NCBI GenBank assembly: GCA_965205015.1
Contig: OZ242029.1
Span: 1,344,001-1,408,000 of the forward strand
Origin: Candidatus Poribacteria bacterium
GTDB taxonomy: Bacteria; Poribacteria; WGA-4E; WGA-3G
DNA length: 64,000 nucleotides
Direction: 5' to 3'
Numbering within the stretch: position 1 is the stretch's first letter; every line of letters starts with the position of its first letter. The translations under genes and the position numbers were made by a program. Below are positions 1-9,366 of this stretch, piece after piece. The notes under the pieces were generated by a model. The model saw only the letters and a list, made by a program, of their open reading frames with translations. It was not told the origin of the DNA and made no database searches.

Positions 1-29
1 GGATTGAGGAGATGTATCCTGAGGATTTT

Positions 30-174
30 TAATTTTTCCTTGCGGATACGTCATGGCATCTGTGGATTTAGCGGTTTCTGTGTTCGAGCCGCCCTCCATT
101 ACATTACGGACTACGGTTTTGAAAAAGAAAACCAAGAATCGGAGTCCTAATTTTTCCTTGCGGATACGTCATGG
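30..174. repeat. 27-bp direct repeat TAATTTTTCCTTGCGGATACGTCATGG (30-56, 148-174) bracketing one copy of the ~80-bp CCGCAAGG element
   Basis: Two identical copies read directly from the sequence. Confidence 0.85.
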
Positions 175-184
175 TATCTTCTGC

Positions 185-1198
185 TTAGGGTGCCATTACC
201 GCAAGTCCATGCTTGATGATCTCGATTGTGGCGGGGGTCTCACACATCGGTTCGCCATCGGCATATAACAGTAGAGGGGTGTCAGTCTCAATCGTTAAAG
301 TGCGGGTCTGGTGCATGGAGACAGCAGGATGCGACACATGTCCTCCCCAGAAGAGTGTTACCAGTAGCCGTAGCACCGTTAGAGAGGAGACTGGGTGGAT
401 AATACAGACATCGAAAAGTCCATCGTCGATGCGGGCGTTCGGCACAATCTGAAATCCACCCCCATATCGACTTGTGATGCCTGTCGCAGCGAGGAGGAGC
501 GGTCCCTCGTGAACACCGAAGTCGCCTTCAAGACGGACGAACGGCGGCTCGTAATAGAAAAGTGTCTCTACGGCTGCGTAAGCATAGGAGGCAGTGCCTG
601 CAAATAGGGGGGTTCCCTTCGCTGCACGGCGGCTCACTTCCGTATCGTACCCGCAGGTGGCGATGGTGGTGAAGTAGCAATCAGCCATCGGCTTTCGGCT
701 TTCAGCATTTGGTTGGAAGGTTGGAAGGTTGGAAGGTTCGGAGGCATCCATTCTTCCATTCTTCCATTCTTCCATCCCCCCTTGCTGACTGCTGACTGTC
801 GACTGCTGACAGCTATTATAGCAGCGTCCTAAATCCACACGGATAGGGGTGCCGGATAAGAGGGTTGCGATTGCGGCTTCAGGTTTCAGGGGCACGCCGA
901 TCGCCGCCGCAAAATCGTTGCCACGCCCGCATGGAAGGACCCCTAAGGTTACATCTGGAACCGTGGCGATGCCGTTGACGACTTCGTGGAGCGTTCCATC
1001 GCCCCCGCACGCAATCACGGATCGAATTCCATCAGAGACGGCTTCCTGTGCGAAACGTTTGGCATCGCCGGATGCCGAAGTGAAGGTCAATTGTCCCTGA
1101 GCCCCGGATTCGGTAAGCGCAGCATAAGCCTGTTCAGCAACCTTTTTCGCGTGTCCCTTACCGGAAATAGGGTTTGCGATGAGGATAAAATCGTTCAT
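185..1198 (-). CDS. Diacylglycerol kinase family (YegS/DgkB-like) lipid kinase with an in-frame repeat-derived insertion
   Basis: NPISG, GGDGT, GRGND and YADGE motifs; ~45-aa low-complexity insert between DLGRC and YFTTIA. Confidence 0.9.
   Translation of the reverse strand: MNDFILIANPISGKGHAKKVAEQAYAALTESGAQGQLTFTSASGDAKRFAQEAVSDGIRSVIACGGDGTLHEVVNGIATVPDVTLGVLPCGRGNDFAAAIGVPLKPEAAIATLLSGTPIRVDLGRCYNSCQQSTVSSQQGGMEEWKNGRMDASEPSNLPTFQPNAESRKPMADCYFTTIATCGYDTEVSRRAAKGTPLFAGTASYAYAAVETLFYYEPPFVRLEGDFGVHEGPLLLAATGITSRYGGGFQIVPNARIDDGLFDVCIIHPVSSLTVLRLLVTLFWGGHVSHPAVSMHQTRTLTIETDTPLLLYADGEPMCETPATIEIIKHGLAVMAP
681..815. repeat. Nested palindromic element inside the kinase CDS (heptamer arms outside, octamer arms inside)
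   Basis: (TTGGAAGG)x3 facing (CCATTCTT)x3, enclosed by TCAGCCA/CGGCTTT and GCTGACT heptamers. Confidence 0.85.
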
Positions 1199-4100
1199 TT
1201 ATTTAATTACCGCGATTTTGCCGATCCGTTTTTCGGTATTAAATTCGAGGAGATAGATATAGATACCGGTTGATACATCTGCGGTGTTATTGCTCGTAAG
1301 CCACCACTCCTTGCGGTTGTGATCCTGATCGGTCACCTCCAATGTTTCAAGCAACTCACCCCCTGCGGTAAAGAGTTGGATGCGTGTGCCGACAGGCAAC
1401 CTATCGAAAGTGATCGCCCCTTTGTCAGCGACGTTGGGACGCACCGGATTTGGATAGACCCGCACCTGCGTCAAGTCAGACACTGCTGTTCCGATAACGT
1501 CGAGTGGTATTTTAAGGGGTTGTGTAGAAGCCCGGATAGGATTCTCATCAATATCAACCACATTGGAGACGGTAATCTCATACTGATCGGTTGTATCATT
1601 GAGCGATTGCCCGAAGTGCTCAAGGAGACTGCCTGTATCAAATGCCAAGAGTGCGCGTGTGCCCATCCGGTCCCGGATAGCAGACACCGGACTCACACCC
1701 CCAATCCGTTTCTCGGCTCTTAAAACATACCGGTTCTCGTCCCCAATCACGGGATCCATCCGCCGATCGAAGGTAACGAGGACCCAGAAATTTCCACCCA
1801 TAGAAGAATGGCGGTCAGGCAAGAGATTCTCTTGCTGCCCGCTGTCCGCTGCCCGCTGACTGCTATCACTCCCAGGACGGTGATAGGTCGCCCCAATCAG
1901 CTGCGGGGGTTCTCGCGGTGTCGCGGAAACGGGTTCGGTGCGGTCGGTCTCGTTCCCGTTTTCATCCTTCGTCGTGATAGCGTACCAGTAGGTATTATCC
2001 TTCGTAACACGCCTATCAAGGAACCTTGTAACGGTGAGGTTTTCTATCACCTTTTCATAAGCACCAGAGGCGGGTGCTTCCTTCTTTTCGCCTTGTGCGC
2101 GGTAGACAGTAAAGTAGCGCGTCTGACCCGACTGTTCTGCATCTGTTTCGTCGTTCTCCTCAGCATCCCACGTAACGTGAACCGTTTTCTGTGTCAGTGG
2201 TTTCGCTTCAACATTCCACGGCTTAAGCGCATCAACGGCATTCGGGTCGGTTGCAAAGATAGATTCAAAGCGGTACATACCATCTTCAAGGTTAACGTAA
2301 AACTCGCTGAACCCATTTTGATTGAGTTCCGCGGTAAGAAGGGCAGGGGTTTCCGCCATCTTTCGGTGCCAGAGGGGTAACATCGCAGCACCATCCCACC
2401 GCATCACGTAGAGATTCGGATACGCAGCGATGACCAATCTATTTTGACCCTTACCTTCCAAGTCTGCGATAGCGAGACTATTCCCGTTTCGTCGGTGCGG
2501 TGCGATCGCGACAGACGCATGACGCGTCCCTTCTGAAAGCACAGCGTAGCCGTTTAGCGTGTGCGTGAAGACAAAAAACTTCCAGATGCGCGGTCCCGAG
2601 GGGATATCCGGTAGCGATAGTAACCCCCCAACAACAAACTCAGGTAAACCATCACCGGTGAGATCTCCAGTAGCGAGTTGCGTGATGTCCTTAAGCGGAA
2701 GTTGTGTCTGCCATTCAAGTCGGACGGTGTTGCGGATAGAGGTAGATTCATAAACGAAAAGATCTCCTTCGCTATCCGCCGCTACCAGTTCCATACTTCC
2801 ATCAGCATCAAAATCGTTAATAGCGAAGCGTTGCGCGAAGACATTAGAGCCAGCGGATTCGTTAACCAATACAGTCCTCTCGACATAAGTGCTTGTGGGC
2901 GTGTCATATTCAAAGATGAGAAGCCGGTCATTGTTGTTATCCGCCCCGATAATTTCCTTTTGCCCATCACCATCCAAATCAGCGACTGTGCCACCGGAGA
3001 GAAACGGGGTTTCCCAGATGATACGGTTCGGATACCCTCGCGGTTCAAGGCTCTCAATGAGGAAGGTCCTTGCATCGTCGGTAGCCAGTATTTCGAGCAA
3101 ACCGTCGTTATCGGTGTCATCTACTGTCCATGTAACGAACTTCTCGAGATTAGAGAGTCCGTCTACACTCTCAAGCGTATGTGCCAGTTCATATCTTCCG
3201 CTGGGCAGCCGTTCATAGACGACAAGGATCGCAGCCGCCACCTCGGTGTCAAGCGTTTCCGAGGACAACGGACTTCCGACGATTTCAAGCTGACCGTCTC
3301 TGTCGAAGTCTGCGGTGCCGCTGGCGATGTGGAGTGGTGGAATATTGAGAGATTTTTCAGTGAATCCGCTGGGCGAGATATAACCAGCCACGATGTCAGT
3401 GGTGTAAAATGCGCCGCCGTTATCCTCTCTCGTCTTGAGATTTGTGGTATTCTCTGCTTCAACAAAGAACTGATACGTTCCGCGCGCCAAACCTAAAAAC
3501 AGGGAATGCTCTACCCCGAGATCGGTTGTCTCAACAGGCGCAAAAGGGGCGAGACTCCCTTTTCGGCGGTAATAGAGTGTATTCTGGGTAACATCATCCG
3601 TTGCCCATGTAAAAACCGTAACGGGTTGCTCGCCGTAAAGTGTATCCGTTGCGGTAAGGGAGATAATTTGAGGAGGTGTCCGATCTACACTCAACACGAC
3701 CTGGTCGTGGACCTGTTGTCCATCCGTAGCTGCCGCCGTTAGACGGACGGTATAAATCCCCTCTGGAACGGTTGTGGTATCCCAAACAGTCAACGTTTCA
3801 CCGATTTTCTGTGTGCTGGAAGATTGTGTGAACGGCGTAAATTCGGTTGGGACTGTAGATGCGCCATAACTGAGTTGCCAAGAGCGGAACTTATAACCCC
3901 CTGCGGTTCCGAAGATGGTAATCGAATCGGCGCCACCGCTATTGGTTTCAGGTGCGAGGATACGTGCCTGTAACGCCCCGCTTGCGAGGAGTGCGCGTTC
4001 GGCATTGACGGTTCCTGCCCCAACAAATCTCTCATCCAATACCTCGCTCTCTTCTTGGTAAACAGGATCAGCAGTGCTGATGAGTATGTGTCGCACCTCT

Positions 4101-5371
4101 TCATGCGTCAGCGCGGGACGTTTGGCGAGTAGCAGTGCTGCAACCCCCGCCACGTGTGGCGATGCCATTGATGTCCCAGTGAGGAGCCGATATTGGTTAT
4201 TAATCTGTGTGCTGAGGATGACGTTACCGGGCGCCCCGATGTCTATAGATGCCCCGAAATTAGACTGGTAGAACCGCTGCTGATTCTGCTCAGTAGATGC
4301 GACAGCGATGACCTTCCGATAGGCGGCGGGGAAGATTGCGGTAGGCTTTTGAGAATTTCCAGCGGCGGCGACCAAGACGGCACCTCGCGTATACGCATAA
4401 TCGATTGCGTCCTGAATAACGAAAGAGCGGCGCTCACTGCCCCAACTCATGTTGACGACGTTTGCACCATTGTCAACGGCATAGACAATCGCTGCGGCGG
4501 AGTCATCATCCTGTAGCCGAGAACCGCCACCGAGCGAGAGTCCTGCGCGTATTGCCATGATCGGACACTCCCACGCGACACCTGCGATCCCGATCCCGTT
4601 ATCAGGCATAGCACCAGCGATCCCCGCGACGTGCGTGCCGTGTCCACTTTCATCAATCGGCTCGTTATCGCCTTCAAGGTAATCGCCCTCTGCTTGCAAA
4701 TTAGGTGCGTCGGTAAAATCCCACCCATAGACATCATCGACGTAACCGTTGCCATCGTCATCCAATCCGTTCTCAGGGATCTCGCCCGGATGTATCCACG
4801 CCTTGGGTGCCAGATCATCGTGTTTGTAGTCGATCCCGGAATCAATAACGGCAATGACAACGTTCCTGTCGCCCTTTTCGATTGCCCACGCCTGTGGCAA
4901 CTTCATCAGTGGTAGGTTCCACTGCTCAGGATACATCGGATCGTTGGGAACGACCGGATCCGCGAGTGTGGGACGGAGGTAGTTATACTCGACAGCCTCA
5001 ACGAGTGGACTCTGTTCATAGACAGCCCTGAGATTCTCCAGTGGTGCGTCAGGGGCAAATCGTAACAGATAGATACGTTTCAGGTTCGGATTCAGTGATG
5101 GACGCGCGATGTAGGGAAACAGTGGGTGTAAGGACTCAACCTTATGCTGGACGTGCAAGATGGAGATAGGTGCGTTCGCCTGCAACCGTTCAAGATCCGA
5201 GGCGGCATTCGGTGTCAAACGGATGAGCAGCTCACCGGGGGTTACTTCAGAAACGATGGGGGAAGCGATGTCGGCGAAAGGCAAGTTCTCCGCTTTCATC
5301 TGAGAGAATTCGGAGCAGATTGCCATTGCTAAAAGGAGGATGGTTATTGATAAGACCTTACAGTGTTTCAT
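1199..5371 (-). CDS. Secreted S8 (subtilisin-like) protease with FG-GAP/VCBS-like repeats, FN3-like domains and a C-terminal T9SS-CTD/FlgD-like domain
   Basis: Signal peptide; triad IDSG / HGTHVAG / GTSMASP; DxDxDG repeats; C-terminal VRVYPNP...GIYIY...KIAVIK. Confidence 0.9.
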   Translation of the reverse strand: MKHCKVLSITILLLAMAICSEFSQMKAENLPFADIASPIVSEVTPGELLIRLTPNAASDLERLQANAPISILHVQHKVESLHPLFPYIARPSLNPNLKRIYLLRFAPDAPLENLRAVYEQSPLVEAVEYNYLRPTLADPVVPNDPMYPEQWNLPLMKLPQAWAIEKGDRNVVIAVIDSGIDYKHDDLAPKAWIHPGEIPENGLDDDGNGYVDDVYGWDFTDAPNLQAEGDYLEGDNEPIDESGHGTHVAGIAGAMPDNGIGIAGVAWECPIMAIRAGLSLGGGSRLQDDDSAAAIVYAVDNGANVVNMSWGSERRSFVIQDAIDYAYTRGAVLVAAAGNSQKPTAIFPAAYRKVIAVASTEQNQQRFYQSNFGASIDIGAPGNVILSTQINNQYRLLTGTSMASPHVAGVAALLLAKRPALTHEEVRHILISTADPVYQEESEVLDERFVGAGTVNAERALLASGALQARILAPETNSGGADSITIFGTAGGYKFRSWQLSYGASTVPTEFTPFTQSSSTQKIGETLTVWDTTTVPEGIYTVRLTAAATDGQQVHDQVVLSVDRTPPQIISLTATDTLYGEQPVTVFTWATDDVTQNTLYYRRKGSLAPFAPVETTDLGVEHSLFLGLARGTYQFFVEAENTTNLKTREDNGGAFYTTDIVAGYISPSGFTEKSLNIPPLHIASGTADFDRDGQLEIVGSPLSSETLDTEVAAAILVVYERLPSGRYELAHTLESVDGLSNLEKFVTWTVDDTDNDGLLEILATDDARTFLIESLEPRGYPNRIIWETPFLSGGTVADLDGDGQKEIIGADNNNDRLLIFEYDTPTSTYVERTVLVNESAGSNVFAQRFAINDFDADGSMELVAADSEGDLFVYESTSIRNTVRLEWQTQLPLKDITQLATGDLTGDGLPEFVVGGLLSLPDIPSGPRIWKFFVFTHTLNGYAVLSEGTRHASVAIAPHRRNGNSLAIADLEGKGQNRLVIAAYPNLYVMRWDGAAMLPLWHRKMAETPALLTAELNQNGFSEFYVNLEDGMYRFESIFATDPNAVDALKPWNVEAKPLTQKTVHVTWDAEENDETDAEQSGQTRYFTVYRAQGEKKEAPASGAYEKVIENLTVTRFLDRRVTKDNTYWYAITTKDENGNETDRTEPVSATPREPPQLIGATYHRPGSDSSQRAADSGQQENLLPDRHSSMGGNFWVLVTFDRRMDPVIGDENRYVLRAEKRIGGVSPVSAIRDRMGTRALLAFDTGSLLEHFGQSLNDTTDQYEITVSNVVDIDENPIRASTQPLKIPLDVIGTAVSDLTQVRVYPNPVRPNVADKGAITFDRLPVGTRIQLFTAGGELLETLEVTDQDHNRKEWWLTSNNTADVSTGIYIYLLEFNTEKRIGKIAVIK

Positions 5372-5461
5372 GATGGATGGCTATCGGTTATCAGTTATCA
5401 GTCTTCAGTTAAAAGAGGGATACGAGCGTATGGACACCTTTATATTAGCATATCACCGAAG

Positions 5462-5510
5462 AAAAAAACAGCAAAAGCCTTGCCGTCAGCGTGGAACTGA
5501 TGACAAGGCT
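5462..5510 (-). terminator. Intrinsic terminator after the ABC binding protein gene
   Basis: AGCCTTG..GTCAG / CTGAT..CAAGGCT stem followed by T-tract on minus strand. Confidence 0.6.
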
Positions 5511-5536
5511 CTGGTTATATCTATCCAATGATGAGG

Positions 5537-7789
5537 TTATTCAAAGGACTGAAGTGTTCCGTCCTTGACGATAAGAACAATCGGGTCATACACCGACTCG
5601 CCATTGGGATCGAAAGAGAAATCGCCTAAAATCGTCGGAAAATCCATCGTCTGTGCCAATGCATCTCGGATCATGGCTGGATCTGTCGATCGGGCGTTCT
5701 TGATTGCCTCGGCGAGAATGTAGAGGGTTGCATACGACTGCGCCGCCCATGCGTCAGGCGCCATCCCGTATTCCGCCTGATAATGTTGGACGAAGGCTTG
5801 GTTACCGGGTGTGTTAGACATACCATCCCAACTAATAAAAGTTATCGCACCTTCGGCGGCAGCACCTGCAGTTTGTACCTCGCTTATACTCAAATCAGGA
5901 ACAATAAAATGAACAGTATCGGGGATACCGAGTTTGCGTCCTTGAATGATAACCTCTGTAATCTCCGCTGCAAATCCAGAGATAAAGAGCGCGTCAATCT
6001 CCAACTTCATGATATTGGTCAGTTGCGCAGAAAAATCGGTATCGCCCTTTTGGAAGGTTTCTATCCCTACAATCTCGACACCGTTGGTTTCGAGCGCTGC
6101 CTTCGCTTGTTCATAACTACTTGTAGAGTAGGCACCATCATCATCATATATCAACGCCGCTTTTTTATAGCCGAGTTTCTCCTGAGTCGCCATCACGCCC
6201 GCAGGTATCAGCCTATCTGTGGCGGGACCGGTGCGGAAAAGAAAATCTCCGAGTGCGCTCAAACCCGCTTCGGCGGAGAGTGAACTAAAAACGACCACTC
6301 CACTCTCGTGTGCAATTGGATAAGATTCCCTCAACTCAGCGGAGCTTGCGAATCCGATGATGGCAGGGACCCCTTGATCCACCAACGTTTGCACGGCAGC
6401 CATCGATCCCTCTACTGTGGTTTGACTGTCCTCGGTCTTGAAGGTGAGATGCATGCTGGGTGGCAGGGTCATGTTAATTTCTTCTCGTGCCAACTCAAAT
6501 CCATTTTGCATTGCCATTCCATACGGTCCAGCGTTACCGCCTGTTAGAGGTACGACAACACCAATGGGAATCCCTGTATCCATCATCTCAGGTGCTGCCG
6601 CTTCAAAGGCTTGAAGTTCCCCGTCCTTGACCATCAGGACAATCATATCATAGACCGCTTCGCCGTTGGGATCAAACGAGAAATTGCCCAAAACTGTGGG
6701 AAAATCCTTCGTCTGTGCTAATGCGTCACGAATCGCAGCGGGATCTGTCGATTGCGCGTTTGCGATGGCGTTGGCGAGAATATAGAGACTCGCATACGCC
6801 TGTGCTGCCCAAGGTTCAGGCTCCATCCCATATTTTGCCTGATAATTCTGGACGAAGGCTTGATTTCCGGGGGTATCAACCATACTTGTCCAACCGAGAG
6901 CCGTTATCACGCCATCGGCGGCAGCTCCTGCTTTTTGTATCTCGGCTGCGCTGAGTTCAGCGACAATCACATGCGTAGAATCAGGAATACCGAGTTCGCG
7001 TCCTTGCATGAGGATCGAGGGTGTTTGTGTTGCAAGCGCAGAGACAAAGAGGGCATCAGGTGCGAGCTTCATTATATTCGTGAGCTGCGTAGAAAAATCG
7101 GTGTCGCCTTTTTGGACGGTTTCCTGTGCCAGAATCTCGACCCCCGCTGCTTCTAAGGCTTTCACGACTTCCTCGTTGCTGCTGGTGGAGTAAGGATCAG
7201 AGGCATCATAGATGGTTGCCACTTTTGTATAACCAAGTTTCTCGTGAGTCGCCATCACCGTTCCCGGCATGATGACATTTGTGGCGAGCCCCGCGCGGAA
7301 GACATAATCCCCAACAATGCCACTTAAACCTGCCTTGGAGGAAATCGGACTAAAAGCGACGACTCCACTCTTTTGTGCGATTGGGAAAGCCTGTTCGAGA
7401 TGTCCTGAGATACCGATCCCAACGATGGCAGGGACCCCTTGATCCACCAATTGCTGGACAGCGGCAACTCCGCCCTCTGCGGTGCTCTGAGCGTCCACCT
7501 CGACGAACATGATGTTTCCATGGTCGTGCGTCATGATGTTCTCATGGCCGTGCATATTAATCTCTTCTCGTGCCAAGTCAAGACCACGTTTCATTGGAAG
7601 CCCATAAGGCTCGGCGTATTCCCCTGTCAACGCCACGGCGATGCCGATGGGAATCGTTCCCTCCATCATTTCAGGCATTTCCGTTTTGGCGTCAGGCATC
7701 ATTTGCGCCGCCTTTTCGCAACCGGAAAGCCCGACAACTAAGGCAACAATTGCGAATACAAACGCGAAGGTTGCAATTTTCTGATACAT
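5537..7789 (-). CDS. ABC transporter substrate-binding lipoprotein, LivJ/K (branched-chain amino acid) family, two tandem domains
   Basis: Lipobox LSGC; two homologous halves (IPIG..LTG, GDTDFSxQLT, FSFDPNGE). Confidence 0.9.
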   Translation of the reverse strand: MYQKIATFAFVFAIVALVVGLSGCEKAAQMMPDAKTEMPEMMEGTIPIGIAVALTGEYAEPYGLPMKRGLDLAREEINMHGHENIMTHDHGNIMFVEVDAQSTAEGGVAAVQQLVDQGVPAIVGIGISGHLEQAFPIAQKSGVVAFSPISSKAGLSGIVGDYVFRAGLATNVIMPGTVMATHEKLGYTKVATIYDASDPYSTSSNEEVVKALEAAGVEILAQETVQKGDTDFSTQLTNIMKLAPDALFVSALATQTPSILMQGRELGIPDSTHVIVAELSAAEIQKAGAAADGVITALGWTSMVDTPGNQAFVQNYQAKYGMEPEPWAAQAYASLYILANAIANAQSTDPAAIRDALAQTKDFPTVLGNFSFDPNGEAVYDMIVLMVKDGELQAFEAAAPEMMDTGIPIGVVVPLTGGNAGPYGMAMQNGFELAREEINMTLPPSMHLTFKTEDSQTTVEGSMAAVQTLVDQGVPAIIGFASSAELRESYPIAHESGVVVFSSLSAEAGLSALGDFLFRTGPATDRLIPAGVMATQEKLGYKKAALIYDDDGAYSTSSYEQAKAALETNGVEIVGIETFQKGDTDFSAQLTNIMKLEIDALFISGFAAEITEVIIQGRKLGIPDTVHFIVPDLSISEVQTAGAAAEGAITFISWDGMSNTPGNQAFVQHYQAEYGMAPDAWAAQSYATLYILAEAIKNARSTDPAMIRDALAQTMDFPTILGDFSFDPNGESVYDPIVLIVKDGTLQSFE

Positions 7790-7975
7790 GCTAAATCTCC
7801 TTTATTTCAAATGAAAATTCGGGCGGGGCACACCAAAAACGCCACCGCCTTCAACCAGATTCATTGTTGTCAGAGAGAACAAATTTTGTATTAAGCCCAT
7901 ATTGATGATACCCACAAAACCACTTTGCGGATCCATCACTCTCAGACAACGTTCTGGTGTGAAAAAATTAATCGT
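7790..7975 (-). ncRNA. Candidate structured 5' leader RNA (no known class recognised)
   Basis: Nested complementary segments ACCAGA/TCTGGT, GTTGTC/GACAAC, GAGAG/CTCTC, TGATG-ATCCGCAAAG/TTTTGTGGGT-CATCA, then a GC hairpin before the RBS. Confidence 0.45.
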
Positions 7976-7980
7976 TGCCC

Positions 7981-8009
7981 ATTATTTCATAGTTAGCAAC
8001 TATTGTCAA
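7981..8009 (-). promoter_or_regulatory. Sigma70-type promoter TTGACA-17-AATAAT with palindrome ATAGTT-N3-AACTAT in the spacer
   Basis: Consensus match with 17-bp spacer upstream of the binding protein gene; inverted repeat at 7989-8003. Confidence 0.6.
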
Positions 8010-8018
8010 TTAAAAAAT

Positions 8019-9365
8019 CAGGGGTATTTAGTTTTAAGTTTTGTCACTGTATGAGTTTAACTGCGAGTTTAGGTTTTGCAGCGAAAAATCGCAGTGTTTC
8101 CGCAATTTTTGTGTGTCCGTCAAAGCGTAAGAGAGCCAGGGCAGTGTTGCGTAGGGCAGCCATGACTTGTGGGAGTCTCCCTGTTCTTGCTTGTGAAGCG
8201 TCCTCCCCGAGGACGACATCTCGCACCCAATGGACTTTGTTTTCTATCGTCCAGTGTTGGCGTCGGAGTTTGAGCAAAGTTTCTGCGGATGCGTCTTGTG
8301 GTGTAAGACTCGTGATGCCATACTGCGTCTGGTAGGTAGTCTCGCCTGTTTTGGTATTCTCCCGCTTGGATTGGTATTGATACACTTGTGCGAGTCCTGG
8401 CCAGTTGATATAATCCGTCAAGAGTGTGCTTGCTGTTAGCGTGCGTGTGGTGATAAACCCGTGTGATGTTTCAACGTCTGTGTGGGTATCAAGGTGTGCG
8501 TCTGCCTCGGTGTGTAGGTTCTGAAACCGTCGTGCTTGGACGTGTGGTGTGTCTGTCTCCGAAAGCGGTTCAAAGAGTTCGCGAATGTCGTGATACATCT
8601 GTTTGTGATTCTCTTTGACGGGCATTGCATAGTTTGCGTGATATTTGAGAACCTCTTTACAAAAGGTTCTTTGGGTCAAAAGTGCATCTGTTGTTATGAC
8701 TTTCCCGGTGACATCAAAGGTTTTCAGAAGTTGCGTTGAGATGGGGATCTCATTTGTTTTTCCACTGACAGCCCGCTGTGTAAGGGTAATCCCTAACTCA
8801 TGAGAGACAGCGGAGAGTAAATGTGTGCGGTATCGGGTTTCTGGGTCTTTGGAGCCACATAACTCTTTGCCATCTATCGCCACCCCTTGTAAATCCTGTG
8901 TTTTCAAAACTTGAAGACTTTCAAGTTTTGAAAACACCCATTTCGTGAGTAAGGCTTCGAGACTCACGACGTCAAGACGCTTCAAAAGATTATGAAGCGT
9001 TCCAGCACACGGGGTCTTCTCTGATTTGAAACCTAACGCTTTTGCCAGGGCCCCTTGATGCCGTGCCCAAGTCGCTATAGACGTATACCCTTTATGATTC
9101 GACATTACACCGATGACGAGCAGCGCAAGGATAGACCCCAAGTTGTAGCGTTTCCCTTTTTTATGGCGTGGATCCGGAACTTCTGCTAATATGTCAAGTA
9201 AGTGGCAAGAGGAACTTCTTGTCATGATTCACCTCAAAAAATGTGATGGTTTTTTACGGTGAAGTATAGCAGATACAGCGGGAAAAGTCACGCTGTATCT
9301 GTTTATTTTATAATATTAACAGATGTGAAAAATATTACGAAAAAACCGAAAACTGAATACCCCTG
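8019..9365 (-). mobile_element. ISAs1-family insertion sequence, intact
   Basis: 17-bp terminal inverted repeats CAGGGGTATT(T/C)AGTTTT with 1 mismatch; perfect 10-bp target duplication ATTAAAAAAT (8009-8018, 9366-9375). Confidence 0.95.
8044..9225 (-). CDS. ISAs1-family DDE transposase
   Basis: DPR, AIDGK, NEI, TTDAL, VKEN, HWTIENKVHW..D...ED motifs. Confidence 0.95.
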   Translation of the reverse strand: MTRSSSCHLLDILAEVPDPRHKKGKRYNLGSILALLVIGVMSNHKGYTSIATWARHQGALAKALGFKSEKTPCAGTLHNLLKRLDVVSLEALLTKWVFSKLESLQVLKTQDLQGVAIDGKELCGSKDPETRYRTHLLSAVSHELGITLTQRAVSGKTNEIPISTQLLKTFDVTGKVITTDALLTQRTFCKEVLKYHANYAMPVKENHKQMYHDIRELFEPLSETDTPHVQARRFQNLHTEADAHLDTHTDVETSHGFITTRTLTASTLLTDYINWPGLAQVYQYQSKRENTKTGETTYQTQYGITSLTPQDASAETLLKLRRQHWTIENKVHWVRDVVLGEDASQARTGRLPQVMAALRNTALALLRFDGHTKIAETLRFFAAKPKLAVKLIQ

Positions 9366-9366
9366 A

